64,000 nt of DNA from contig OX597817.1 of NCBI GenBank assembly GCA_951406725.2, positions 15,376,001 to 15,440,000 on the forward strand. The letters run 5' to 3'. The number at the start of each line of letters is the position of its first letter. Position 1 is the first letter of the stretch. The translations under genes and the position numbers were made by a program. The notes beneath the pieces were generated by a model that was not told the DNA's origin, did no database searches, and worked only from the letters and a program-made list of their open reading frames with translations. Source of the DNA: Octopus vulgaris. Its lineage: Eukaryota. Positions 12,160 through 26,143 of this stretch are shown piece after piece.

Positions 12160-12552
12160 ATAGGCGTAGGAGTGGCTGTGTGGTAAGTAGCTTGTCTACC
12201 AACCACATGGTTGCGGGTTCAGTCTCACTGCGTGGCACCTTGGGCAAGTGTCTTCTACTATAGCCTCGGGCCGACCAATGCCTTGTGAGTGGATTTGGTA
12301 GACGGAAACTGAAAGACGCCCGTCGTATATATATATGTATATATATGTATGTGCGTGTATGTTTGTCCCCCTAGCATTGCTTGACAACCGATGCTGGTGC
12401 GCTTATGTCCCCGTCACTTAGCGGTTCGGCAAAAGAGACCGATAGAATAAGTACTGGGCTTACAAAAGAATAAGTCCCAGGGTCGAGTTGCTTGACTAAA
12501 GGCGGTGCTCCAGCATGGCCGCAGTCAAATGACTGAAACAAGTAAAAGAATA
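12160..12552 (+). mobile_element. SINE family A
   Basis: Full-length match to other copies. Confidence 0.9.
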
Positions 12553-12631
12553 AAAAAAAAGAAAAACTAAAGAATCCAGGGACTCTGGTTCTAGTCTGCA
12601 TTGGGAAAACCCTAAGTTCAAATACTATTAG

Positions 12632-12851
12632 TCCTTTAGCATTCAGATTATTTTGTCAAAAGTAATGCTTCCTTATTCAAATTGTTTTGAACTGATTATG
12701 CATTATCTTGTAGCTTTGAGACATTGATGATGTGATTGTATATTTTTAAAATGACATTTTAGGGTAGGTGTGAGAGGTCAGACCTGGCCAGTTTGAATGT
12801 ATAACAGGTGGAATATTCAGGCCAGATATGGCCAGTTTAAATGTTAAGGGG
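12632..12851. mobile_element. TTAA-type MITE, about 220 bp
   Basis: (T)CCTTTAGCATT...AATGTTAAGGGG|TTAA; homologous to 17567-17786 and 22279-22499. Confidence 0.7.
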
Positions 12852-12894
12852 TTAAGGAGAAGTTTTTAATGTTTCAGAAAAAGTCCTTCTAGAT

Positions 12895-13766
<872 letters not shown>

Positions 13767-14624
13767 TACTTTGAGAGTGAAAAGTGAAGAGCAGAAGGGG
13801 AAGGAAATTTGGGAAAAGGAATGTCCAAGAGAGAATAAAAAGAAAGATCAGAATTGGAAAGAATGGTCAATTTAAGGGAGAAAGGATTTTTTTTTTGTCT
13901 AAGTCAGTGACTTCAACAAGAAGTGTGTCAAGATCAGTGTTTGTGCTCTTGTATGTACGCATGTATGAACACATGTAGACAGGAAGAGCACAAACAAGCA
14001 TAAAAACAAAATGGGATCACACATGCACATGAGCAACTTAAACATTAACACCAGCTGGTATGTTCTCACTTGTGCATCTATGCACACAATAACCGAAAAA
14101 AACAAAAAAAAAAACAAATTTTTTTTTTTTTTTTTTTGTACTTGTTTCAGTCATTTTGACTGCGGCCATGCTGGAGCACCGCCTTTAGAGTGGTGAAAGA
14201 GTACAGCAGGGATCACCACCTCCTGCCGGAGCCTCGTGGAGCTTTTAGGTGTTTTTTTCGCTCAATAAACACACACAACGCCCGGTCTGGGAATCGAAAC
14301 CGCGATCCTCCGACCGCAAGTCCGCTGCCCTAACCACTAGGCCATTGCGCAAAAAAATGAGAGCAAAAAAAAAATAAATACAAATAAAAGCAAAAAATAT
14401 TCTGATAATGATATTCTGCATATGCACACAATAATATTGATTTCCTATGTAGTCACAAAACTTCAACCTGCACATAGTAGTAATATTAAAAATAATTTAA
14501 TAATTGAATAAAAGAAATGAAAAAAAAAAAAAAATAATAGAAAGATAAAAACATTCGTATGAAGGCCTGCTACATGAGTATATGTAAAACAGGTGGAGTG
14601 AGGGGTGAAGTTGGTGATGGGAAA

Positions 14625-15400
14625 GAAAAAGAGAAATGTTCTGTCAGATCTAGGGATGATGTTCTGAGGGCGAATATGATGTATTGTTCTTTGAATCGTA
14701 TGCTTTGTGGTGGGTGAACATGCCAGGCAATGAGAGATGGTTAATGAAGTGCCAGTTGTGTTGAGAAGGTGAGCAATAGGCGCAGGAGTGGCTGTGTGGT
14801 AAGTAGCTTGTCTACCAGCCACATGGTTCCGGGTTCAGTCCCACTGCGTGGCACCTTGGGTAAGTGTCTTCTACTATAGCCTTGGGCCGACCAAAGCCTT
14901 GTGAGTGGATTTGGTAGACGGAAACTGAAAGAAGCCTGTCGTATATATGTATATATATATGAATGTGCGTGTGTGTATTTGTGTGTCTGTGTTTGTCTGG
15001 TGTGTTTATGTCCCCGTTACTTAGCGGTTCGGCAAAAGAGACCGATAGAATAAGTACTGGGCTTACAAAAGAATAAGTCCTGGGGTCGAGTTGCTCGATT
15101 AAAGGCGGTGCTCCAGCATGGCCGCAGTCAAATGACTGAAACATGTAAAAGAGTAAAAGAGAGTAATGGGTTGGGCCTGAGTGGGTTGTAGGATGCTGTG
15201 AAGGTGCTCACAGAAATGATCATTCATGTAGCAGCCAATTTCACTAACATATAAGTACCATGAAGTTTGCATGTGATGTTGGTGGAGGTGCAGATGTTTT
15301 GGGTGAATAGATTTTTGGATTTGGGACAAGTGAGTGTTGTGGCATTGTTGATGAAATGATTGAACCATTGATAGTACAAAATGACAGCAATGTCACCATC
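14625..15400 (-). pseudogene. Penelope-like element GIY-YIG endonuclease relic, split by SINE A (14777-15163)
   Basis: Frameshifted pieces CTSTNITCK / LYVSEIGCYMNDHFCEHLHSI..QPI / AHLLNTTG / KEQYIIFALRT...EHFSF resemble the PLE motif YVGETGR-L-DRF-EH...VA-HFN...EQ--IF-L-T. Confidence 0.6.
14777..15163 (+). mobile_element. SINE family A
   Basis: Full-length, short target duplication gagcaat/gagtaat. Confidence 0.9.
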
Positions 15401-15432
15401 TGTAGCTAAGCGATTTTTGGAGAAGTGCAGAT

Positions 15433-15817
15433 GAAGCACTCCGTCGGTTACGACGACGAGGGTTCCGGTTGATCCGAATCAACGGAACAGCCTGCTCGTG
15501 AAATTAACGTGTAAGTGGCTGAGCACTCCACAGACACGTGCACCCTTAACGTAGTTCTCGGGGATATTCAGCGTGACACAGAGAGTGACAAGACCGGCCC
15601 TTTGAGGTACAGGTACAACAGAAACAGAAAGTAAGAGTGAGAGAAAGTTGCGGTGAAAGAGTACAGCAGGGATCACCACCATCCCCTGCCTGAGCCTCGT
15701 GGAGCTTTTTAGGTGTTTTCGCTCAATAAACACTCACAACGCCCGGTCTGGGAATCGAAACCGCGATCCTATGACCGCGAGTCCGCTGCCCTAACCACTG
15801 GGCCATTGCGCCTCCAC
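15433..15817 (-). mobile_element. tRNA-derived SINE family D
   Basis: Minus head GTGGAGGCGCAATGGCCCAGTGGTTAGG...GTTTCGATTCCC; near-identical copy 63449-63807, partial copy 14187-14350. Confidence 0.9.
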
Positions 15818-16133
15818 ACATTCACATACACAGAAACAGACACACACACATACATTAATCTACATACATGCACACACACACACAAGCATGTGTACACTCA
15901 CACAACATTATCATTATCATTTTAACATCCACTTTTCCACACTTCAATGGGTTGAACAGAATTTGTTGAGGTGAATTTTCTAAGAGCAACTCTTTCCTGT
16001 TTCCGAGTAACTTAGTATTTCCCTGTGACCAGACATGTTTTCACAGAAAATTGGGACTGAAAGACACTGCTTGCAATTATGATGACACTCATTTACAACC
16101 ATCACACCATGTCAAGGCAATGAGACAGTAACA

Positions 16134-16500
16134 CGGCACATAAAAAACACCATCCGAGCGTGGCCGTCTGCCAGCCTCGTCTGGCACCTGTGTCGGTGGC
16201 ACATAAAAAACACCATCCGAGCGTGGCTGTCTGCCAGCCTCATCTGGCACCTGTGTCGGTGGCACATAAAAAACACCATCCAAGCGTGGCCATTGCCAGC
16301 CTCGTCTGGCACCTGTGTTGGTGGCACATAAAATCACCCACTACACTCTCAGAGTGGTTGGCGTTAGGAAGGGCATCCAGCTGTAGAAACACTGCCAGAT
16401 CTGACTGGCCTGGTGCAGCCTTCGGGCTCGCCAGACCCCAGTTGAACCGTCCAACCCATGCTAGCATGGAAAGCGGACGTTAAACGATGATGATGATGAT
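16134..16500 (+). mobile_element. SINE family C ((GAT)n tail, internal ~60-bp repeats)
   Basis: About 3 internal GGTGGCACATAAAAAACACCATCC units then TTGGCGTTAGGAAGGGCATCCAG...CCATGCTAGCATGG...(GAT)n. Confidence 0.85.
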
Positions 16501-16515
16501 GTGCACACATATATT

Positions 16516-16930
16516 CGGGGTGGTTGTTGGAAAAGCGGAAAATTCGAGAAATCTGATTTATATTTCCACAAGATTTATTTGAGGTAAACAATAAGCGTCA
16601 CAAAGCGTGATACCATATTGACACTCACAAATGTTCAAAATGTCTTCTTTGCACTTTATGACAGTGTTTTAACTGAGAAATCCAAGCTTTTGTGGCATTT
16701 TGAAATATAACTTGAGGGATGTTCCAAGCTTTTATCAAACACGTTTTCAATTCATCAATGGCAGTTATATAGCATTGATATTTCTGTATCTCTGTTAATA
16801 ACAAGCTCCAGACACAGTAATTCATCACATTTAAGTCCGGACTCTTTGAAGGCCAATCTTCAGGTGCAATAAAGTCAGGGGTAGATTTAGTTTTGCCTTC
16901 AAAATTTCCGCTTTTCTAGTGACCACCCTG
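16516..16930 (-). mobile_element. Internally deleted Tc1/mariner-superfamily element
   Basis: TIRs C(A/G)GGGTGGT...AAAAGCGGAAA, TA at right end; minus translation WPSKSPDLNVMNYCVWS (transposase SPDLN motif). Confidence 0.8.
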
Positions 16931-16980
16931 TACATAGATGCATACACACACACACACATCTATATATATATATGTATACA

Positions 16981-17266
16981 CAGGGCTGGATTATGACCCA
17001 TAGAGATCTTAATCACTTGCAAGATTTTGGTGCCCTATATATGTGTAATTCAAAATATAAGCAATAAAAATGCATAAAATGTATTATAATTTTTCAAATT
17101 GAAACAAAACAAACAGTAAAATGGAAAATAATGTTTATTTTTGTAGACTTCTACTTTATTTATATTTGAAAAGTTTTCTCCAACATTTTTAATTGCTAAG
17201 TCTTTGATCAGAGCCTTAAAATTAATCTTATGTAACATATCTGCTTTTATACTAAGTAGAGATAAG
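16981..17266 (-). mobile_element. hAT transposon 3' relic
   Basis: CAGGGCTGGATTA terminus; LSLLSIKADMLHKINFKALIKDLA resembles the hAT C-terminal dimerisation region. Confidence 0.55.
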
Positions 17267-17524
17267 TAAAAAGTAAAGTTCCTTTCTGAGTCATACAGAC
17301 TCATAAGGGCTGGTTCCCTGGTTTCCATGGCATATAAATTCCTCACCTGGATGGGACACTGGTCTACTCATGGATTGCTCATTTTTGCCAGCTGTGTCGG
17401 CTGGAGCAATGTGAAATGAAGTGTTTTGTTCAAGAACACAATGTGTTGCTCGGTCCAGGAATCAAAACCACAATCTTACAATCTTGAGTTCAATACGCTA
17501 ACCACTAAGCCATGCACCTACATC
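17267..17524 (-). mobile_element. SINE family E with 12-bp target site duplication
   Basis: TSD AGTAGAGATAAG at 17255-17266 and 17525-17536; tRNA-like head on minus strand. Confidence 0.8.
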
Positions 17525-17566
17525 AGTAGAGATAAGGCATCCTGAATATTCTTTTAGCAAGTTTAA

Positions 17567-17786
17567 CCCTTTAGCATTCAGATTACTCTGTCGAGTGTAA
17601 AGCCTGTTTAATCACATTGTTTTAAATTAATTGTTCAGCATCTTGTAACTCTGAGATTTTGATGATGTCCTTGTTTATTTTTAGAATGACTTTGTAGGGT
17701 AGGTGTGAGAGGTCAGAGCTGGCTGGTTTGAGCATATAACAGGAAGACAATTTTGGCCTGGTATGGCCAGTTTAAACACTAAAGGG
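17567..17786. mobile_element. TTAA-type MITE
   Basis: TTAA|CCCTTTAG...CTAAAGGG|ATAA. Confidence 0.8.
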
Positions 17787-18445
17787 ATAAAGTGATTTCC
17801 TTTGTGACATAAACTATTTACCATTTCTGTAGTGCCCCACTTCTCTTGATGCTGTAAGCACGTGCTTATTTTGCTTAATGGTTGATCCAGTGCTGTACAC
17901 ACACACACACACACACACACATGCAAAAAGGTGTTTCTTTCAATTTCTGCCTACAAAATCCACTCACAAAACTTTGGTTAACCCAGGGCTATAGTAGAAG
18001 ACCCTTGCACAAGGTGCCATGCAGTGGGACAGAAACGAGAACAATTTGGCTAGGAAACAGACTTTTAACCACACTGCCATGCCTGTACATCATATACATA
18101 TACTCATATCCATCCCTGCGTACCAACAGCGATACTAAATAGCAGGTATGAATGAAGAATGAACTGAACAAAGTCCAACATATAGTCAGCTACTTACTTA
18201 CTACAGACAAGCAACCAATATAAAGCAGTGTAAGAAAATAGTATGTTGTTTACTTGTCTACTGCCTCCTAAGAGATACAAAACATAAATAACACCTGAAA
18301 AGTATTTTGAGATATAGGAGAAAAAATTCTTTACATACAGAATTTCAAACATAGGTTTGCAAACCATAAAGAAATCTTTTAAAAATAAAGAAATGTTTTT
18401 TTAAAACTTGGTTTATGAGATTAACCAGTATATGTATATATATAT

Positions 18446-18516
<71 letters not shown>

Positions 18517-19331
18517 AATACACACACACACACATATATCCAAATATGACCGGCAAACTAGCAAAGCACAGACACAGAGCATGTGTATGTTATATCTGTG
18601 CCGGTGGCACATAAATACCAGAATCTGAATGTGATCAATGCTAGGGCCACTTGACTGGCTCCCGTGCCGGTGGCACATAAAAAGCACTATCCTAACGAGA
18701 TCGATGCCAAGCCCACCTGGCTGGCTCCTGTACTGGTGACAGGTAAAAAGATCCCACTACACTCTCGGAGTAGCTGGCATTAGGAAGGGCATCCAGCAGT
18801 AGAAACATTGCCAGATTAGATTCGAGCCTGGCACAGCCATCTGGCTTTCTAGACCTCAGTCAAACTGTCCAATCCATACCAGCTGATGATGATGATGATG
18901 ATATATATATATGTGTATGTGTGTGTGTATATATATATCACTTGTTTTACCCCTCTGCAAAAGAATTTTATTTAATTCCTTTTGCAGGAAGGACTGTTTC
19001 GGCCAGGTTGTGTTCTGCCCTTACCTTCGAAACACGCATTGAGTCGAACCAGGGACAGCTGATGAAGGGGAATTTTCCTTGTATTTTTTGTCCTGTACTC
19101 TGTTTTTTCGTTGTTTAAAAAAGTTTGTTTCCTTGTTTGATTTTATGTTTTCGTTTCTCGTTGTGTTCTACGTTTATTTGTGGTGTCCTGTACTCATATA
19201 TGCATGTATATATACATATAGATGTAAGTACGTACATATATGTATGTATATATGCATATGTTTTATTTATTATATTGTTATTATATGACCAAACGCACGC
19301 GTTGCTTTCTCTTCTCCAAGTAAGTTTTTAT

Positions 19332-19373
<42 letters not shown>

Positions 19374-19899
19374 ATGTGTGTATATATCACCATCATCATT
19401 TACTGTCTGTTGTCCATGCTGGCATGAGTTGGACACAATTTGCTGAGCAAATCTTAGCTGCTTCCAAGTGACTTAATATTTCTCTGTGAGCAGACATGTT
19501 TTCACAGAAAATTGGGAATAACGGTTTAAAATTTTGGCAGGGAGTAAGTTGATTACATTACTAAAACCCAACTGGTAGTTATCTTATCGACCGTAAAAGG
19601 CAATGTTGATCTCGATGGAATTTGAACTCAGAACATAAAAAGCCAGATCCATTCTTAACAATTTCTAATATACATACAGAATCAGAAACTTGGTAAGTAG
19701 AGAAACAGTTTCAACCCCAGCGCTTGACTTAATACTCCATTTTACCAACCTCAGAAGGATGAAAGGCAATTTTGACTAAGGTCAGATTTGAACTCAAAAT
19801 ATAAGGGGCTGTAAGTAAATACTGCAAGGTATTTTATCTAACATACTTATGATTCTGCCCATCCATTAATAACTTTTTTATTTGCCTCTAAGGGCCCAT

Positions 19900-20380
19900 T
19901 GAAATATTAGGATTGCCTGCAAGCACCAACAATGCCAGCAATTGTCCTCTGATGATCCTCATGTACAAGCTGATGAATTTTCTCCACATTTCCGGAAGTA
20001 ACACTCATGGCAGGTCTTCCAGATTGCTCATCGTATTCCAGGGACATACTTCTGCTTTTGAAGCACCTGTGTCACTTGAAACATTGTATACAACCCATTG
20101 CCTTGTTGCCATAAGCTTGCTGAAGCATGCTCAACGTCTCTGAAGCTGACTTTCCAAATTTAACACAAAATTTCACATTGGTTCTTTGTTCCAACTTCCT
20201 TTCTATGACAAAATTGCAGACCGTAGCATACAAGTGATCACAAAAACACACATTTCTCAACTTGTGAAGTAAACACAGTAATATCACTCAGCACTGCTTC
20301 ATGAAGGTCACTGCTAGCTATGTGCTACCATCTGCTGGCATGCTACAGAACAAGTCCAGGAACTTTCTGATACCACCTTG
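19900..20380 (-). mobile_element. Mariner 5' relic
   Basis: LEQRTNVKFCVKFGKSASETLSMLQQAYG transposase N-terminus; TIR related to the 26144 element. Confidence 0.8.
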
Positions 20381-20416
20381 TGAATGATAAATCATTATGC
20401 GCAACAATGAGAATCA

Positions 20417-20665
20417 AAATTGCGACATGCATATTCATTCTTAATATATCCTAGCAGACTCAAACGTGAATAAGCTAATAGCCATTGTATTTTGTTATTG
20501 GAGAATTTCTTCAGAAGATGAATGTGTATTCATAACACACTTGATTCATTGGAGTAAGAGTACTTTGAAAGAAGTTGTTCTCCAATGCTAAAATACAAGT
20601 GATATGCATATTCACGTTCAAATCTGCCCGAACACTTTGATAATGAATATGTATGGTGTCACTTT
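20417..20665. mobile_element. Old fold-back element/MITE
   Basis: About 85-bp imperfect arms CATGCATATTCATT...AACGTGAATA...TTGTATTTT...ATTGGAGAA versus their reverse complement. Confidence 0.65.
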
Positions 20666-20699
20666 ACATATTTATCCACACAAGTAAGATTCCCACACT

Positions 20700-21177
<478 letters not shown>

Positions 21178-21688
21178 ATTATTATTACCATCATAAACAT
21201 CATTATCGTAATCATCATCATCTTTAAGTAGTTATCTAAAATCCACATCAGTATAGATTAAATGGGTTTGCACATATCTACAATCATTCCTATCCTGTGT
21301 CACTTAATCTATTAGATCCAACAACCTAGTATCTTACCGAATTACACACACTGAATTTCTTTTTGCCTACTATTTATTTGCCCCAGCCATGCTACTCTTT
21401 GCTTTAACTATACACCACAATTTTCACCCAATGTCTCACCATGCATATATATATATATTACATTACTAAATCAGAAGAGTCACATCTTTTACATACCCTA
21501 ATCAATTTTTCTGATATGCAACTGCCTTCTCAACTTCCTCGTACTCAATTTTTCAGGTTCAGATTAAACATCTGATGAAACCTACTCAGTTTCATACATC
21601 TAGAGTTACCGTTTATATCTTATTAACATACTTCATTATATGTGTCGTCATTTAGCATACCCAGCATCTCTTTGGTATTTTTCTTCTA

Positions 21689-21922
21689 TAAGGCAGCGAG
21701 CTGGCAGAAACGTTAGCACGCCGGGCGAAATGCTTTGTGGTATTTGGTCCGTCGCTATGTTCTGAGTTCAAATTCTGCCGAGGTCAACTTTGCCTTTCAT
21801 CCTTTCCGGGTCGATAAATTAAGTACCAGTTACGCACTGGGGTCGATGTAATCGACTTAATACCTATGTCTGTCCTTGTTTGTTCCCTCTGTGTTTAGCC
21901 CTTTGTGGGTAATAAAGAAATA
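21689..21922 (+). mobile_element. SINE family B, full length with TSD
   Basis: GGTATTTTTCTTCTA duplicated on both sides. Confidence 0.9.
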
Positions 21923-22278
21923 GGTATTTTTCTTCTACATTACATCAAGAACATGAAGGTGCATAAGTTAGTGGTTAGGGTGTTTGGCTTATGCTTGTAA
22001 GATCATAAGTTTGATTCTCGCTGATGCATTATGTCTTTGAGCAAGACACTTAATTTCACGTTGCTCCAGTCTACAAACTTAACAAAAATGACTAGTATAT
22101 GTAATCCAAGTCTCCCTGAGACCTATATTAAGAGTATGTGTGTGTTTTTTTTTTTATGGCCAGGTTGCTTAATTGATTAAATCAACTGGAATACTAATGA
22201 TTGTAACAGACAGAGTGCCAGGTCACATAATGAATATGTTATCTGTAATTGTAGACTTTTTACCTATAGGTCCCTTAA

Positions 22279-22499
22279 CCCTTTAGAATATTTAAACCAG
22301 CCATGTCTGGCCTAAATATTCTACCTGTTTTACATTCACACAAACCAGATATGGCCTCTCACATCTACCCTACAATGTCATTTCCAAAAATAAACAGTCG
22401 CAACTTTGAAATCTTGACTTTATGAAATAAGCATAATTATTCAAAACAATGTAAATAAATAAGCATTACATGTAACATGGCAATCTCAGCGCTAAAGGG
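22279..22499. mobile_element. TTAA-type MITE
   Basis: TTAA|CCCTTTAG...CTAAAGGG|TTAA, perfect TSD. Confidence 0.85.
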
Positions 22500-22559
22500 T
22501 TAAAACCATTTTCTTTTGCTTTAGGACATGTTCCTCATAGCTTGGGAAGATATAGGCAA

Positions 22560-23290
22560 TCTGGCTTCACTGTTCTCCAATCTGCATCTAATCAAAACTA
22601 CTGAAACATCAAATGTAGATCCATGAAGAAGAGGCTCTAGTCATTCCTTAATGGTACTGTTTTACTGGCCTCACAACCAAACAGCAGCATGTGGTTCAAC
22701 TCAGGGTTCCCTTTGTCAAATGATCTCCTTCTCAACAATGAGTGTATATGCATTAGTATTGTCCTGCACCTTGATCACTGCATGTCCAAACTACATAAAT
22801 GCCATCGTAAAATTACTGTCAACAAGTTTGGACTAAAACCACTCTCTTCTCATCGCAGTCTCAGGTTTTTTCCTCACTGAATAATGTTATTAAAAAGTGC
22901 CTCAATGCTGTTAATTTTCTGTCACCATCAGAGCCCATTGCCCTTCATCATAGTGATGATAAGTATCCATATGTGATGACCCATTTTCCATCTGAAAGTG
23001 AGAAGAGTCGCTCACCTGGACACCCTATCATAGTTGCACAGTTTCCAGTGTCAACCATTCGACTTTGGATTTAAAAACCAAGGAGCTGCCATCTAATACA
23101 CCGAGGAGTAGATGGTGATTAAATATGATGCACTAACAAACATTTCTTTTCATGCAGAATGCTATTAAGAGCACCAACATCCTTAATCTCTGGACTGCTG
23201 CTCACAACCACTAAACTAGGAAGGCATCAAGCCTGAAGAAAGAAGCCTGTGAGCTGAAGCAACTGATACTGTGGATATTCCTGGTTGTTT
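22560..23290 (+). pseudogene. CRE-clade non-LTR retrotransposon C-terminal relic (zinc knuckle + restriction-like endonuclease)
   Basis: WFNSGFPLSNDLLLNNECICISIVLHLDHCMSKLHKCH...VNKFGLKPLSSHRS..FPH / NNVIKKCLNA..EPIAL...DDKYPYVMTHFP matches the CRE pattern W---P----LLL-N-----LRLG-----H-C-C--VD--G-H-LSC...EP--L---DGKRPDG-T-FP. Confidence 0.65.
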
Positions 23291-23499
23291 TTTTGAAATC
23301 TTATCAGCAGGATGTAGAAGAGAAATTATTCAGCAGAAAATGAAGAATTTGTTTATTTCAATATATTACTGCTTTTATCTGACAATTACTAAAATATGTA
23401 TCTTAAGATTCTGATACATGCAGCTAGCCAATGATGGACCAGCTTGAGACTTCAGTTATGATGAGAACCCCACCTGGAATTGAAATAGCTGAAGACAAA

Positions 23500-24170
23500 A
23501 ATATGTTTGTGAGACCTCTGGAAGTGTGCTGTGCGCGAGAAGACCCGGCAGGACAAGTGAGTCCACAACCCGTGGCCTTCTACATGGGATGGAGCCAGCC
23601 TACGTATGCATACCTTCCCTTCTTGGGACACAAAACTCTACTTGTGAAGACGTGTTGAGGCAAGTGAGGATCAGAATCGAAATCGATCAATGGAAATTGC
23701 GGATGTGCTACCAGTGCCGGTGGCATGTCGAAACTCTGCTTGTGAAGACCCATTGAGGCAAGTGAGGATCAGAATCGAAATCGATCAATGGAAATCGATC
23801 AATGGAAATTGCAGATGTGTTACCAGTGCCGGTGGCATGTAAGAGAACCTTCCGTTTCGCGACCGTTGCCAGCACCGCCCCGTTTCGTGTCCGTTGCCAG
23901 CCTCGCCTGGCCCTCGTGCCGGTGGCACATAAAAAGCACCATCCGTTCGTGGCCGTTTGCCAGCTCTGGCTGGCACCAGTGCGGGTGGCACGTAAAAAGC
24001 ACCCACTACACTCACGGAGTGGTTGGCGTTAGGAAGGGCATCCAGCCGTAGAAACACTGCCAGATTTGACTGGGCCTGATGAAGCCTTCTGGCTTCACAG
24101 ACCCCAGCAGAACCGTCCAACCCATGCTAGCATGGAAAGCGGACGCTAAATGATGATGATGATGATGATG
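23500..24170 (+). mobile_element. SINE family C, longest copy, with ~100-bp internal duplication
   Basis: AAACTCT(A/G)CTTGTGAAGAC...GTGCCGGTGGCATGT twice, then internal repeats and (GAT)n tail. Confidence 0.8.
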
Positions 24171-24889
24171 TTATCCTATAGTGGTAATTTCCTTTTTGGC
24201 ATCCATATCAACAGAGGTGATGTGGGTTTGATACCTACTGGGACTTCACTTTTTATTCACTTCGACATTTATACAACTGCGCAACAAAATATGTAAACGT
24301 TCTGTTAAATCCTGGCTTACTTATTACTAAAATGAAATAAAATCTACAAAAACGAAACAACTTATGGATTAGGCTATAAAACTGACTATATTAGATGAAA
24401 GTTATTACTTTTAATCATAAAAAAAAATCAGCAAAAAGATACAACTGGATCTCAATCTCAGCCTAACGACAAAAAGAAAAACAGAAAAGACCAAACACAC
24501 ACACACACACACACCTATAAGTTAAAGATTAAAAAGCGTTTTTCAGACAGCAGTTATAAATGCTAAACATGCACGTATTCTCAGAGGACTGATGTATAGC
24601 CAGTGATTGCACTGAGGTGTCAATAAACTTGTGGATTTGATTCCCTCTGGGTTCTCACATCCAGCTTCATTTTGTCTATTAACATTATACTTGTGTGTGT
24701 ATGCATGTGTGTGTGTGTAGCATTGGCATGAAACTTGAGTCATGAAGCAAACTCTCAGTTTCAGTTTTGATATATATAATATATGTGTATACATATATGG
24801 CATATATATACACACACACATACATACATAATATATATATTTACACACACATATGCAATTATAGATATACATTTATATATATATATACA

Positions 24890-25266
24890 TATAAAAAGCA
24901 CCACCCGACCATGGCCGTTGCCAGCACCACTCCGAATGGCCTCCGTGCCGGTGGCACATAAAAAGCACCATCCGATTGTGGCTGTTGCCAGCCTCGCCTG
25001 GCTCCCTGTGCTGGTAGCACGTAAAAAGCACCATCCGTCCGTGGCCGTTTGCCAGCCCCATCTGGCACCTGTGCCGGTGGCACGTAAAAAGTACTGACTA
25101 CACTCACGGAGTGGTTGGCATTAGGAAGGGCATCCAGCCGTAGAAACATTGCCAGATAAGACTGGGCCTGGTGCAACCTTCTGGCTTCCAAGACCCCAGT
25201 TGAACCGTCCAACCCATGCTAGCATGGAAAGCGGACGCTAAATGATGATGATGATGATGATGATGA
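24890..25266 (+). mobile_element. SINE family C
   Basis: Internal repeats and conserved tail. Confidence 0.85.
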
Positions 25267-26143
25267 AATATCTGTCTGTCCGTCTGTTTGTCTCTCTCTT
25301 TTTCTCTCATATATATATATAAGTGTTGCTTAGTGGTTAGGATGTTGCACCCATGGTTTGTAAGATTGTGGCTTTGATTGCTGGATTTGGGCAATGTGTT
25401 GTGTTCTTGGGCAAAACACTTCAATTCATGTCACTCCAGTCCACTCAGCTGGCAAAAATGATAATCCTGTGATGGACTGACATCCTGTCCAGTGTGTTGG
25501 GAGAGGAGAAATATATACATAAATACACCTCAAAATCCAGGTAGCCAGCCTTATGAGCCTATGATTCAGAAAGGACCTTTCATCCTTTTTGTTATACCAA
25601 GCTGAAACACTTCCAAGAATAAAAGAAGAAAAGAATATGAATTACATAACAGTAAGGGAGATATTTTTTAAAGCTATTTATTTATAGATATGTCTGAATA
25701 TTCCTAAGGAAATATAAACGGAAAACTGCTTAAATCTTTTATCTTGGTTTATTTCTTTTTGTTGTTGTATAGTGTTGGAAAGCGAAACTTTTCTACAGTT
25801 GGTTGAAATGTAGTTTGTCACTGACAGGTCATCAAGGTCATATAGCAAATGAAAACTTGTTCTGAACCAAATTATAAGTTAAAAAATTTTGTATTAATGG
25901 ATTTTGGGGATTTTGGGTGCAGTGAAAGATTTTCATGCATGACTGCATGTGCCTATTGTATATGTTTGGGTGTGCACATGCATGCAGGTGCATATCAACT
26001 CTGACCAGTGATATATAAATATCCAAACACAACCCTGCCCTCTACACACAATATAGATACATATACACTTACACAGACAGACAGACACACACACACACAC
26101 ATGCACAAGAACACACACACATATACAAAGATACACATATATA

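Noticed and set aside
15740-15817. tRNA gene (also 30600-30674 and 63730-63807)
   Set aside because: tRNA-like heads continue into SINE bodies and lack a complete acceptor stem
18990-19080. Hammerhead candidate (CGAAAC...GTC...CTGATGAAGG)
   Set aside because: Core words are present but stems I and III cannot be paired in any topology; probably a repeat fragment, not supportable as a ribozyme
21572-21600. CTGATGA followed by a hairpin
   Set aside because: No GAAA after the stem
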